A stretch of DNA of 64,000 bases from Eledone cirrhosa (taxonomy: Eukaryota). The stretch is taken from the NCBI GenBank assembly GCA_964016885.1, contig OZ024745.1:123504001-123568000 (forward strand). Direction: 5' to 3'. Below the pieces are notes generated by a model. The model was not told where the DNA came from and searched no databases. It saw only the letters and a list, made by a program, of their open reading frames with translations. A program made the position numbers and the translations under genes. Positions 1 to 12,636 of this stretch are shown here, piece after piece (position 1 is the first letter of the stretch; the number at the start of each line of letters is the position of its first letter).

Positions 1-1529
1 GCATGGCGTCCGACCCTCTACCGATACTGCCAATCCACCGCCCTTTATTATTGTTAGATAATTGTTAGATAATGATAAGTACACAGACAAATAAAGATAG
101 AGACGACATTGCATAAAGTGAGATGCAATGTCAGTGCTACATAAAGATAGAGAAGGAGGTATCCACAAACTGGGGTCTAGTCCAAATGCTTACAAAAAAT
201 GGGCTCTACTAAAAGCATTCAAGGACCAGATAAGCCGAATTATGGATGAAGTTATGACGCAAGTAGGTTGCTATGTAATTTATATGCCCAGAATGCAAAA
301 AACCAGAAGAAATAGTTCAGGATATTTTGTTCCATGCTCTAATAATTCTAGTAATGCCCCCTTTGAGAACCTCTGATCTAGACAGTATTTGAACTTAGGT
401 ATTAGAAAGCTGGAACAAATGCTGCAAGGTATTTTGTCATATGCTGTAACGACTCTGCTAATTTGTTGCCTAATGCTGTACTGGCTTGAAATTAATTTGA
501 GTACTTAACATTCATGTAGAAATGAATGCGAACTTTAAATTATGAATTTTGATATCATTATTAATGTATTTCAGCCTATGACTTATTAATTCCAGTGTTA
601 GGAGAAATTAGATGATAACTCATATCTAGAAAAGTAATTTGTTTATTTAATCTCATGTCACTGGAAGAAATACAATTTCATTTTGTCACCATTGCTATCC
701 AGTAGGCTAAATTGACTGTACTGCTGAGAAAGCTTCTAGGTGTTGTCATCTGTTTGTCTTCTAGATTGCTTTCAAAGTGACAAACGATCCTGGTATGTAT
801 GTTGTTATTATATCCTTTATAATAATAATAAGGTGATAGAATCATAAAAGGTAGTAATGGAAGAAATAGACAGATCTTATTGGCGGAATTTCATATCTCT
901 GGTTCTATGTTCATGTATTTTTGTTTGGCTGCCCTAATAATCTTTTCCTTTTCCTTTTTTTTATTTGCTTATATTTGCTAGAAAACTGTAAACCCTTGAT
1001 AGTATATATGATGTCATATACTATGGTACAGATTTGTATTGCTGTCTGTGTTAACATTTACAAAGGGTGTAATATAATAATTTCATAGACAGGTTTGAAA
1101 ATAGTTCCAAATATATACAGGCAACTAAAATGTTTGACACCAGAATGGCATCTGGTGATAAAACTTTACCTTAGAAAGGTCTCCATGATGAGATTGATTA
1201 AACTTGTCATGGTGCACAAAAGATTAACCCCCTACTTTAACATGGAAATATTCCTGAAATGTTTGTTGTTTTATATGTAATTTGAAAGTTACAGAGTAAA
1301 ATCAAACAAGTCATATATAGGACTGACATAAAATTCATTCTGTCTGTAAACTAGGAATTAATAGTGTTTTAAATTAGACAAATGTAAGTTTGGAGTGATG
1401 CTTGTTGTGATAATGAGAATGCCTTATGTCCCAAAAGTGTGCTCAAACATCACTACTCTAATGGTACAGGTATGGATGATGTGAGGGAGCATTCTCTTGT
1501 GTGTGAGGGACCAAGCACAGGTTGCCTTA

Positions 1530-1757
1530 TAGACCTAATGGATAGAGCATAGAAGACATTGCCTCAGAGGATAGTGAGGGAGATGCATCAGAATAGCCAT
1601 TCCAACTCGTATGCTTTGCTCCTGCAGGTGGCTAACTCTGTCTTGATAGTAGTGAGTAGGGAGGTGGTCTGCAGATCAAGAACACCAGAAGTCTCCACTG
1701 AACAGGTTCAATGGCAAACATTTTGGAGAGTGGCCGATATTTTGACAGTTTGGCTTG
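1530..1757 (-). mobile_element. Degenerate CRE-clade non-LTR retrotransposon fragment (C-terminal restriction-like endonuclease region)
   Basis: Reverse strand gives AKLSKYRPLS...VETSGVLD...ELEWLF*CISLTIL*GN, homologous to the copy at 58058-58452; contains stops and a frameshift. Confidence 0.7.
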
Positions 1758-1962
1758 AATCTGTTTTAATTGTGAATCAAAAAACTCCAGTTAGAAGGAA
1801 ATTTGTGAGAGTAATAGTGTTGTAAGTGCATAGTTAAAATAGGTATAATACAGTATGTTAGAAAAGTTGATAAAAATTCTGAATTCATCAGATTGTGTAA
1901 ACAATATTTAACCCCCTTCTTTTACCACATTTCTTATGAAATATACCACTCATGTGTTTTAA

Positions 1963-2177
1963 CCCTTTAGCGTTTACATTACTCTATATTTACTATTATA
2001 TTTTCATGGCTTAATCTTACATAATTATCTCACATAATATTGAATCTATGAGATTTTGATATTATTTATTTTGAGAAAAATACTTTAACATCAGTATGAG
2101 CAGCTGGTTACAGCCAGTTTGAACAGAAAGAGATGATAGAATTCTGGCTGGATATGGCCGGTTTAAATGCTAAAGGG
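1963..2177 (+). mobile_element. ~215 bp piggyBac-type MITE (family C), inside an older TTAA MITE (family A, ~1912-2490)
   Basis: TTAA-CCCTTTAGC...GCTAAAGGG-TTAA terminal inverted repeats with TTAA target; internal sequence shared with about 15 other copies. Confidence 0.85.
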
Positions 2178-2669
2178 TTAAATTAATTTAAAAAAAAATT
2201 GAGAATGAGGAGTTTTGTAAAATAATGAACATTTGTAATATTGCATTCGTGTTTAAAACATAGCCAAATATGCTCGAGTCTCGAATAACCCTCCACCCTG
2301 CTTATTAATTTAGGGATTAGGTAAAATAACTAATTTTGATATTATTAAGCTGTTGTTGGGAACATAACTACGCTAAGGTTATTTCATAAAATTAAGACGG
2401 AAGGTTTTTTTAATAAATATAAACAATTTAAAATGGGAGATATTGATCATAGAATCATTGGAGGTTTCCAGAGGGCAGGCAGCAAAAGGGCTAATTTGAA
2501 TAGTTGGCAGTTTACATGCTGCCACAAGTGCTACATATATCTGTGGCTGAGTCAGTTAGCAGCTTTCAATACCTTCGTCCACCTTGTTTCAAACAAGTAC
2601 AACGATTGGTAACATACTGTAGCATCAGTCTAAGCCTGTCTGAAGCCAGGAGGCTCATCAGGCCGGTGC

Positions 2670-2905
2670 TAATCCTGGTTTCCATGGTGTTAAGTGACTG
2701 TGACTACAATACTCCCCACTGGACAGAACGTCAGACCATCACATGGTTAAACTCCCAGCTATTGCTGGTACTCATTTTCAGTTGAGTATACTGGAGCAAC
2801 ATGAAAAGTGTTTTGGTCAAGAATACAAAACACAACTTAGTCCAGGAATTGAACCCACAATATGGTCCTAAATCCAACACCCTTACCATTAGGCCACATG
2901 CTTCC
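2670..2905 (-). mobile_element. Degenerate tRNA-derived CORE-type SINE
   Basis: Reverse complement starts ggaagcatgtggcctaatggtaagg (A-box), ggttcaattcc (B-box), then ttgtattcttgaccaaaacactt, similar to 35896-36237. Confidence 0.6.
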
Positions 2906-4655
2906 ATAGTAGCACCGTAGAATTAACAAATGATTTTATTGAATGACAGTGCTCAGTTCAATTCCATACTTGGATTAGGAAAGCTACCTGTGATAACACA
3001 GTACTACAGCCAGAGTAAGATTGGTCTCATGTGCTTAGTATTATGTAAAGCTATAGATTCTTGTAATTTAGATGAGGATTAATAAACAGAACATTGTTGT
3101 GAATGTACATGGCCTAGTGGTTAGGGTGTCTGGCTTACAGTTGTAAGGTCCCGAGTTTGCTTTCCAGACCTGGTGGTGTGTTTTGTCTTTGAGTAAGATG
3201 TTTTATTTCACATCGGCCCCCTTCAGCCAGCTTGTCATGATACTGGGCCCTATGCCTTTCCCTTGAACAACATTAGTGGCATGGTGCAAGGAAACTAGCA
3301 TTCTTAGGTCTTCCACAAAACAGCTTGTACATTAGAAAAGAACTTTCCAGATGGCAAACCCATGATTAGGCACAACAGTCAGGCAGTGTGTATTTTTTGA
3401 AATAGTACTAGAAATTTAAACAATATAATTGAACACCATACCAAGCAAGAGCTATCAGTAACATCAACTCAGCATATCCATTTGATTGAAACTGGCATGT
3501 GTATCAAATATGTATTATGTGCATGGATGGTTAAAGTTATGGCGAGGAAGAGGCTGTCTTGAAAACACAAAAACTCATTAAAAAGAAATGGTGATAATGA
3601 TTGTTGTGTTGGTGAGTATCAAAATAACTGTGAGAGTTATATTTATCTTTGTATTTTTTTATTATTTTTTTTTTATTCTATATATGACATTGTTTTATGT
3701 CTATGATGTTTTTATTTTTTTATTTTGAGAGTGTGAGTAGAAGACCGACTAGAAGTGATTTAAATCACCTTGTGCATTAAACTTTGTTGATTTAAAGAAG
3801 AAAGACTAAGTCAGCTGCTCTTTGTTTTTCTGTAGCTAATTTAACAATAAATGACTTTTAATCAGTTGAGCTATTTGATAACAACAAAAGCAAAACAAAA
3901 CAAAAAAAAAATCTATCTACAGTATAATTTATTTGGGTTTCATTTCCAGACAGTATTGTTGGTAAATAAAATGAATATATTTGAAAATATACAATTACCA
4001 GTAAAAATGTTAAGATACATTATTAACACGCACAATACAATTATATATATTTTTCTAAAAGGAGTTTTAATAGAATTTTGGTTTCAAAATTTCAAGTAGT
4101 TACTTTATTGTAATTTTGGATAACGTGATCAAGGAAACTGTTCTGGTGATGATATAACAATAACTGCATTTTGAATTTAACTTAATTCTTTAAAAAATTA
4201 ACTCTCTTCTCAAATGTAATGGTTTTTATTTTATTTTATGTTTTTTCAATATAGAAATTAGATTTATGTTGATTTTACATTTAGTTTAACACATACACAT
4301 TACTTAAAAAGCTACCAAAATTAGAAATACAATATATTATAAAAGATCTACCAACTATAAACAAAATCTTTGAGTACATGGAGGTTGTGAAAAGATTCAA
4401 CAGAACTTTCTACTTACTTTACAGCTTCCCTTGTTTTCCATTTTTTACCCTTTTTTTTTTTTTATGCTTATTTTGCACCCCATTGGTCTTCCCTATTTCA
4501 ACTTTTTAGAATTTAATTTTGTTTATTTTCTTAAATTTAACTTTTTATTTTTCTATTTCCTTATCTCTGTATATCTTGTTTTTTTTTGTTTCTCAACTGT
4601 AAGAAGTACTAGATACGTCTTCATCATGGATTACTAGTGATATACGAACATTTAA

Positions 4656-4852
4656 CTCTTTAGCATTTACTTTAATCTATATTTACTATTTTATTTTCAC
4701 AGTAAACACTTTACCTCACATGATATCGAATCTAAGAGATTTTGATATTAGTTATTTTGAGAACAATACCTTAACATCAGTATGAGCAGCTGGTTACAGC
4801 CAGTTTGAACAGAAATAGCTGACAGAATTCTGGCCAGATACAACCGGTTTAA
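4656..4852 (+). mobile_element. piggyBac-type MITE family C, 3' truncated
   Basis: ttaa-ctctttagcattt start and family C body, ends in a (TAAA)n run. Confidence 0.75.
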
Positions 4853-5124
4853 TAAAATAAATAAATAAATAGATATCATATTATTCTTTAATATTTATTT
4901 GTGTGGATATATGGTAGTTGTGGTGGTGTTGATAACAATTTACATGACTGTTTCATTGGAAGGAGGGAAAAAACAATTATATTTTAGCTTATAACACTTT
5001 AACCAATCATGCAAACAATAAAATATACACATCTATTTTATGCATGTGTGCCCCTCAGCTTGAGAAATTCAATGTAATGGAAATTATTGCTCTGATTTTC
5101 TCATTGTGAACGGCATTCAAGTCG

Positions 5125-5189
<65 letters not shown>

Positions 5190-5301
5190 TTCGTTTAACG
5201 TCCATCTTCTACGCTAGCATGGGTTAGACGTAATGTTGTTACATCTTGGATTTAGGGAAAAAAACATTATGGAAATTATTTGTTAGATGCCTGCATGTTT
5301 A

Positions 5302-5915
5302 TATTAGGTTGGATACAAAGTCCTGTTCCATTTTGAGCAAGTAAAGGAAAAGATGTTTATTTGTTTATGATAGTTATATTCAATGAAGATAATATTTTCC
5401 TCATTTAAAATAACATAATTCCATCTAACTGGCAATTTGTTGATCCCTCTGGCATAAAATTTTTCAGGTTACGAAGCAAAGAATGATTCAATATTCATTT
5501 GTATATTTTCTTGATTTGTAAACTATTTTCCATTTAGAAAATGTTGCAATTATTTGAACAGATGATAATCTGATCGAGAAAGGTCAGGTGAATAAGGAGG
5601 ATAAGGCAAAACTTTTATATTAAGTGTAAGAAGTTTGTTCTATGTACTTCAGGCAATATGTGGTCTTGCATTGTCATGTAAGCATAACACACCTTTACGA
5701 TTTGCCAATGCTGGTGGCTTTTTCTGTAAATTTTGATTTAAGGATTCTAGTTGGTGACAATACTTAGCATTAATTGTCTCACCTGAGTTCAACACTTCAT
5801 AATAGACAAAACCCTTCTTATCCTACCAGTTACAGAGCATAACCTTTTCTGGGTGTAGTCCTAGTTTGGATGTAGTTTCCACGTTGGCCTGTGTTGCAAG
5901 AGACATTTTGGACGT
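5302..5915 (-). mobile_element. Mariner (DD34D) transposon remnant, 3' half with one TIR
   Basis: Reverse strand encodes LHPEKVMLC..LHDNARPH..LPYPPYSPDLSRSDYHLF..FYARGINKLPVRW with several stops; TIR-like end tattaggttggatacaaagt at 5302. Confidence 0.9.
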
Positions 5916-6560
5916 AAAGTTTTACAACTGGATATTCTCCCTTACCCGAACCCTTTTAGCTCCTTCTTATGACATACAGGGATACAGTGTACTTATTTTA
6001 AATAATTGGGTAGGATATGTATGGCTGTTATATATGGGAATATTCTATATACTTCTATGATATTCTGATTATCACACAAAATATCAAAAGGGTAAAAATA
6101 GGTTACTAGAGGGCTGGAAAATTATTGGGGATTGATTTCAGGATTGAATTCTTGTTTCAATTACTGAGTGTAGAACCAATTAGTTAGTCAGAGCAATTAT
6201 AGAATTTGGAAGATAAGCCTTTCAATATTTGCTTAGCGGAGGATCTAAGTTAGTACAATGATTCCATTATCATTGAATTTATGATAATAATTACATCAGG
6301 GTATCACCATAATTAAGTTCTCCAGGTTTTACATTCTCTAATCACACAAGTTCAGTTCCAGGTTTATCTTAATGCAGTTTTTGAAAGAGTTGAACCTGAT
6401 GTGTATTGAAGATTCATGGTGAATTTAGTTAACACTTTCCCAGTGTCAAAAACCTTTAGTTAGAATCTTTTCATGACTGTAGTTAAAACATTGTCTTACA
6501 GCTTAACATTGGGAATGGCAACAATATTTACATCTCTAAAATGTAATTATATCCTATTAA

Positions 6561-6989
6561 CCCTTTAGCATTTAAACCAGCCGTATCCGGCCAGAATTCT
6601 CTCACCTCTTTCTGTCCAAACCTGCTGTAACTGGCCACTCATACTTACATTAAGTTATTGTTCTCTAAATAAATAATATCAAAATCTCATAGATTCGATA
6701 TATTTTTTTCTACTTTTAGCACAAGGCCAGCAATTACCAGTGTATTACTGGTACTTTATTTTATCGACCCTGTAAGGATGAAAGGCCAAGTTAACCTCGG
6801 CGGGATTTGAACTCAGATCATAAAGGGAGGTAACTCTATGCTTCAAAGCATGGCGCCCGACCCTCTACCGATACTGCCAATCCACCGCCCAAAATCTCAT
6901 AGATTCGATATAATGTGAGATAATTATGAGGTAAAGTCTTTACCACAAAAATACAACAGTAAATATAGAGTAATGTAAATGCTAAAGGG
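6561..6989 (-). mobile_element. piggyBac-type MITE family C interrupted by a SINE
   Basis: TIRs and TTAA at 6557-6560 and 6990-6993; SINE inserted at 6703-6890. Confidence 0.85.
6703..6890 (-). mobile_element. tRNA-derived SINE family 1 (central domain resembles mollusc Meta-type SINEs)
   Basis: A-box tggcagtatcgg, B-box gagttcaaatccc, body gccttTcatccttacagggtcgataaaataaagtaccag; 22 bp target-site duplication aaaatctcatagattcgatata (6681-6702, 6891-6912). Confidence 0.9.
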
Positions 6990-6993
6990 TTAA

Positions 6994-7592
6994 CCCTTTA
7001 ACATTTAAACTGGCCATATCTGGCCATAATTCTCTCACCTGTTTCTGTCCAAACCAGGTGTAACTGGCCACGCATATTGATGTTAAAGTATTGTTCTCCA
7101 AATAAATAATATCAAAATCTCATAGATTCGATGTTATGTGAGATAATTATGAGGTAAAGCCTTTACCATGAAAGTACATCATCATCATCATCGTTTAACG
7201 TTCATCTTCCACGCTTGCATGGGTTTGGACGGGAGTTTTCCCACTTGAGGCAAGATTTGTTGTCCTGCTCGTATAGGACTGTCTGGCGGGTTTTATACAG
7301 CTGGATGCCCTTCCTAACACCAACCACGTTTACAGTGTGGACTGGGAGGTTTTTACCGTGTTACCTACACGGCCACATTTCAGCGTGGACTGTGTGTTTT
7401 TTTTGTTGTGACACCTACACGACCTCATTTGTTTCGGACTGGATGTTGTGGTACCAACATAACTTCACATTTAAGGGGGTGGTGTGGATGGGGTGGGGGT
7501 AGTGGGACGGGGGTGTATTTTGTTAGAGGTGCCTACTGACTGTAGGTTTCGCTTTGTACAATAGTATATATAAAGTTGTAAATGCTAAAGGG
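6994..7592 (-). mobile_element. piggyBac-type MITE family C interrupted by an RTE 3' UTR fragment (7177-7558)
   Basis: Shares the TTAA at 6990-6993 with the previous copy; right TIR and TTAA at 7593-7596; insert matches the RTE 3' UTR with a (GAT)n tail. Confidence 0.85.
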
Positions 7593-7907
7593 TTAAGGGC
7601 TTTAGAAATGAATGAAATTAGTTAGCTGTCTAATCATTTTGTTACTATATTTATTTGTAATGAAAGACACTGCTTATGATTTTCAAATAATTTTGAAAGC
7701 AATCAAGAATTTGAGTGAATTTAATAAAATAGCTAACTTTCTCATTGTTAATTCTTTTGATGTTAAACTGCTTGAACCCTTTCCCGACTCTGTGACCCAA
7801 AGTTATTTATTTTAAAGTGTCCCCCACCCCCACACTATCAAGCGTGAAACTAATAATAATATTTATACTGCGTCTTTGTTTTTCTGTTTTTTGTTCTCTG
7901 TTTACTT

Positions 7908-7953
<46 letters not shown>

Positions 7954-8119
7954 GAGGTAACAAATAATAGTTATATCCAGTCCCCTTAGGTGTAGTCCAG
8001 TTAGGGTATTCCGGGTAGTGAATGATATCAACACTAGGCTTGGTTTGACTCAACAAGGCGTATTCATAGTGATGTTGCGAGTACGCTGTAATTCCTATGT
8101 TGTAAAACTTGGAGTAATA

Positions 8120-8433
8120 ATAAATCAGGAAAGAAGATTGACATGGTTTGCAATACAAAAAAGGTTTTTAATCTCATTGCTGACAATTGTTTCTCTGAAC
8201 TGGTAGGTCTAGAGATCGCTATTCGCTTGTTTTCACGTTACTCGATCACCAATACAAAATTATAACCAGTCAGTTCTTCGGAGCATGCGAGAATGAAGAG
8301 AATATACAGGCGATCGAGTAACGTGAAAACAAGCGAATAGCGATCTCTAGACCTACCAGTTCAGAGAAACAATTGTCAGCAATGAGATTAAAAACCTTTT
8401 TTGTATTGCAAACCATGTCAATCTTCTTTCCTG

Positions 8434-8439
<6 letters not shown>
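8120..8439. mobile_element. Foldback MITE with ~130 bp near-perfect inverted arms
   Basis: ataaatcaggaaagaagattgac...ctcgatcacc (8120-8250) is the reverse complement of ggcgatcgag...ctttcctgatttat (8309-8439); ~58 bp spacer. Confidence 0.85.
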
Positions 8440-8481
<42 letters not shown>

Positions 8482-9058
8482 TATCATCATCATCATCATT
8501 TTACGTCCGCTTTTCCCTGCTTGCAAGGGTGGGACTATATATATATATATATATCGTTTCTGGATTTGTTTAGTAAGATTCTTTATCTGAAAACGTGTGT
8601 TGAAACCGATATTGTTATGCTTTGGGAGGGTCATGTTGCCAATTAGAAACACACGCACCAGTTACTTTCACTCCAATTTATTATAAATTAAATTTATAAA
8701 TTTAAGAATTTATAAATTTCCGGTTGGTTGGTTGGTTCCACAACCGGACGGTTGTTCATATATTGTCAAAGTTCTTTTGTCACACATTCTGTGACCTCTT
8801 CAGTGACTGGGGATTCTTCTCTTTGTTTTGTGCCTCTCCTTTGTTCTGTCCTACACTGTCCACCAAGATGGCATAGAACAGAACAAAGGAGAGGCAGCAC
8901 TTCTCTCTCCACCCCCACCTTCCTTTCCAAGTGAAACTTGAAGAAGTTGATGAGGGATTGTAATAATAATAATAATAATAATGATAATAAAATTATTGTG
9001 TACAGTGCTCAGGTGCACTACAACTCATCAAAGGTGCATGTATAGTACATAGAATAAT

Positions 9059-9222
9059 TGTTTCTACTTTACGCACAAGGCCAGCAAATACCCAGTACAT
9101 TACTGGTACTTTATTTTATCGACCCCGTAAGGATGAAAGGCAAAGTCAACCTCGGCGGGATTTGAACTCAGACTGTAAAGGGACGTAACTATGCTAGAAA
9201 GCATGGCGTCCAACCCTCTACC
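9059..9222 (-). mobile_element. SINE family 1, 5' truncated
   Basis: Family body; 19 bp TSD gtatagtacatagaataat (9040-9058, 9223-9241). Confidence 0.9.
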
Positions 9223-9559
9223 GTATAGTACATAGAATAATGTACAAATGTCAGGAAAGTGAACAGTGTATGAGTCATCTTATACACAGATTTAATTAAA
9301 AATATGGTAATGGAATGGTTAAGCTGGTATCTGGACCTAATTATGTTCTTACATAAAATTATGATGGAAGGTTTTTACAGTAGACGAATATCCAAAATCC
9401 AGGGCCTTCTCATTCCTATTGGAGGCACCCCTTCCTGGTTGACCAACACAACTTTCTATATTTGGCCAAATTAAACCATGTACGACCGACCCGAGCAAAA
9501 ACACAAGATGGCCGACAGACCGACACACACACACATGGCCCAACTGACCTTGTCATATC

Positions 9560-9750
9560 AGATCAAATCATCATGCCATTTGGATATTGGCCACCCTCTG
9601 GTTCTTCTCCACTGTCTTGTTGTCCACTCTGTTATTCAAATAGTCAACCTGTTGTCTCTGAAATGAGAGATGTGGCCAGCCTTTCTATGTTTGCCCTTCG
9701 TGATAGTCTCGATTATGTCCTTCATGCCAGGTCTGCTGAAACCCTTTAGA
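9560..9750 (-). mobile_element. Fragment of a divergent RTE-clade LINE C-terminus
   Basis: Reverse strand: KAGHISHFRDNRLTI*ITEWTTRQWRRTRGWPISKWHDDL, the WAGH...RxRGRP..W.DD pattern of RTE. Confidence 0.65.
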
Positions 9751-9871
9751 ATAAACACTTCTGTATCATAATAGAATCAAGGGTGGTTTCATGTTCTTTG
9801 GTATCAAAATGGTTAACATTGTGTTGCAACAATATATCATCATCATCATCATTATTATTATTATTTGAGAA

Positions 9872-10064
9872 GGCAGGGGATTGGCAGTATTGGTAGAGGG
9901 TCGGACGCCATGCTTTGCCGCATTGAGTTACAGCCCTTTATGGTCTGAGTTTAAATCTCACCAAGGTTAACTTTGCCTTTCATCCTTACAGGGTCGATAA
10001 AATAAAGTACTAGTAATGCACTGGTACTTTATTTGCTGGCCTTGTGCCAGAAGTAGAAACAATC
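9872..10064 (+). mobile_element. SINE family 1
   Basis: A/B boxes, family body, ends gtagaaacaat. Confidence 0.85.
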
Positions 10065-11076
10065 ATTATTATTTAATGTCTGCTTTCCCTACTAGCAATG
10101 ACTGGATTATATGTGCTCTCTAAAATAATATTCTAGAAAGAATTTTTGAAATCCTTTATAAATCTATGATTTTAGCTGTTTTAAATGTGCTGTGCTATTT
10201 GCCAGGCATAATTTGCATATAACATCAACAAATAGAATATAATTTTGTTTGATATGTAGGAAAGCCATACAGGTATCTTCTCAGATTTCAATGATGTATG
10301 CCCTACCGGTTCTTCAAATTTGTAAAGCTTATATTTATGTTACATTAGGATACTTTCTTTATGCTGCAAATAATTGATTCAAATGCCTTCAGTAAATGTG
10401 ACTTGACTAATTGATAAGGTTTATCCTAATTTATTGATAAGCAATGAAAATTTGAAATGTAAGTCAAGTTTGAGAGCTTCTTAGAATTATAGGAGCTACA
10501 CATAGGAGAGAAAATTAATTAACCTAGATGTGATGAGAAAAGCTAATATGAATTGCAAATACAGTCTGGACTTTTACAACTAGTGGCTATCTTCCTTTAG
10601 GTGTGGACAAGCAGATCTGTGGCATATGAACTGTCACTCAATGCTTATACAACACATATAGTGAGCATGCTAAGGTTCTTGTCAGTTTCTCTTAATATGA
10701 TAGTGGTAATTAATTATTTATTTATTCCAACCCTTGGCAGCATGGGAAATAAAATGTAAAACTGTAGATGATGATGATGATGATGATGATGCTGATGATG
10801 ATTCTAATAGTTTTTCAAAGGCAAAATATTTGCCAGCCAATTTTAATTCCAGAAGACATTGGATATTGGTGAACATATCTTATTTTGTTTTGTGGTAAAC
10901 TGTTATTCAGCTTTTAGCCTTTTGAACACTGGTCATATTTAGATAAATCACACCACATTCCTTAAATTTTTTCTTTGTTTAGTTTTTTTAAGTATACACT
11001 GAAACTATTGTTCTTGAAATAAATCTTTATAACATCATTTTGGCAGTATCAGTAGACTATCAGACAACATAATTAA

Positions 11077-11296
11077 CCCTTTAACATTTACATTACTCTA
11101 TATATACTATTGTATTTTCATGGTAAAGGCTTTATCTCACGTAATATCTCATATAATACCGAATCTACGAGATTTTGATATTATTTATTTTGAGAACAAT
11201 ACCTCAACATCAATATGAGCGACCAGTTACAACCAGTTTGAACAGAAAGAGGTGAGAGAATTCTGGCTGGATACAGCTGGTTTAAATGCTAAAGGG
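11077..11296 (+). mobile_element. piggyBac-type MITE family C inserted within a SINE family 1 copy (11041-11475)
   Basis: TTAA at 11073-11076 and 11297-11300; SINE head (tggcagtatc) on the left and SINE B-box/body on the right. Confidence 0.85.
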
Positions 11297-11735
11297 TTAA
11301 TGGCATGTAGTTACAGCCCTTTATGTTCTGAGTTCAAATCCTGTTGTGGTTAGCTTCGCTTTTATCCTTATAGGGTGGATAAAATAATGTACCAGTAATG
11401 AAGCGTGGTCGATTAAATTGACTTTTCCCTCCCACCAAAATTGTTGGCCTTGTGCCTAAATCAGAAACCATTATTACTGGTTAGAATTCTTGAAACTTCA
11501 TATTGAAGAGAAGAATCATTTCTTTATCATTTAGCCAAAGGAGGAAGGAGGGAGTCAGTATCAACACTGGAAAGGTTATTACAAACATTCTTCATATTTC
11601 CCAGCCTGTTCACTTGAGTTTGCTTTTATGATTAGCTAAGCACTACAGTCCAGAAACCCAGACGTTTGTTGATTTAACACCTCATTACAGGACATAGCCC
11701 CATTGAAAATATTATTCTTATGTCTATCTCAGTAA

Positions 11736-11955
11736 CCCTTTAGCATTTAAACTGGACATATCTGGCCAGAATTCTTTCACTTCTTTCTGTTCAAACCAGC
11801 CCTAACTAGTCACTCATACTGATGTTAAGGTATTGTTCTCAAAATAAATAATATCAAAATCTCATTGATTCAATATTATGTGAGATATTATGTGAGATAA
11901 AGCCTTTACTGCGAAAATACAATAGTATATATAGAGTAATGTAAATGTTAAAGGG
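11736..11955 (-). mobile_element. piggyBac-type MITE family C
   Basis: TIRs ccctttagcattt / aaatgttaaaggg, flanked by gtaa and ttaa. Confidence 0.85.
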
Positions 11956-11957
11956 TT

Positions 11958-12636
11958 AACACCTCATTGCAGGACACAACCCCATTGCAAAACACCTCAT
12001 TGCAGGACACAACCCCATTGCAAAACACCTCATTGCAGGACACAACCCCATTGCAAAACACCTCATTGCAGGACACAACCCCATTGCAAAACACCTCATT
12101 GCAGGACACAGCCCCATTGCAAAACACCTCATTGCAGGACACAACCCCATTGCAAAACACCTCATTGCAGGACACAGCCCCATTGCAAAACACCTCATTG
12201 CAGGACACAGTCCCATTGCAAAACACCTCATTGCAGGATACAGTCCCATTGCAAAACACCTCATTGCAGGATACAGTCCCATTGCAAAACATCTCATTGC
12301 AGGATACAGTCCCATTGCAAAATACCTCATTGCAGGACACAGCCCCATTGCAAAACACCTCATTGCAGGACACAGCCCCATTGCAAAACACCTCATTGCA
12401 GGACACATCCCCATTGCAAAACACCTCATTGCAGGACACATCCCCATTGCAAAACACCTCATTGCAGGACACAACCCCATTGCAAAACACCTCATTGCAG
12501 GACACAGTCCCATTGCAAAACACCTCATTGCAGGACACAGTCCCATTGCAAAACACCTCATTGCAGGACACAACCTCATTGCAGGACACAGTCCCATTGC
12601 AAAACACCTCATTGCAGGACACAGTCCCATTGCAAA
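11958..12636. repeat. 33 bp minisatellite, about 20 copies
   Basis: Unit aaacacctcattgcaggacacaRccccattgca repeated head to tail with no spacers; explains the 11-aa-periodic ORFs. Confidence 0.97.

Noticed and set aside
128-376. 82-aa ORF at the window start
   Set aside because: No recognisable domain or convincing exon boundaries.
10261-10350. YALPVLQI peptide resembling the helicase FALPILQ motif, as a possible upstream exon
   Set aside because: No GSGKT Walker A motif before it and no PTR motif or suitable donor after it; chance match.
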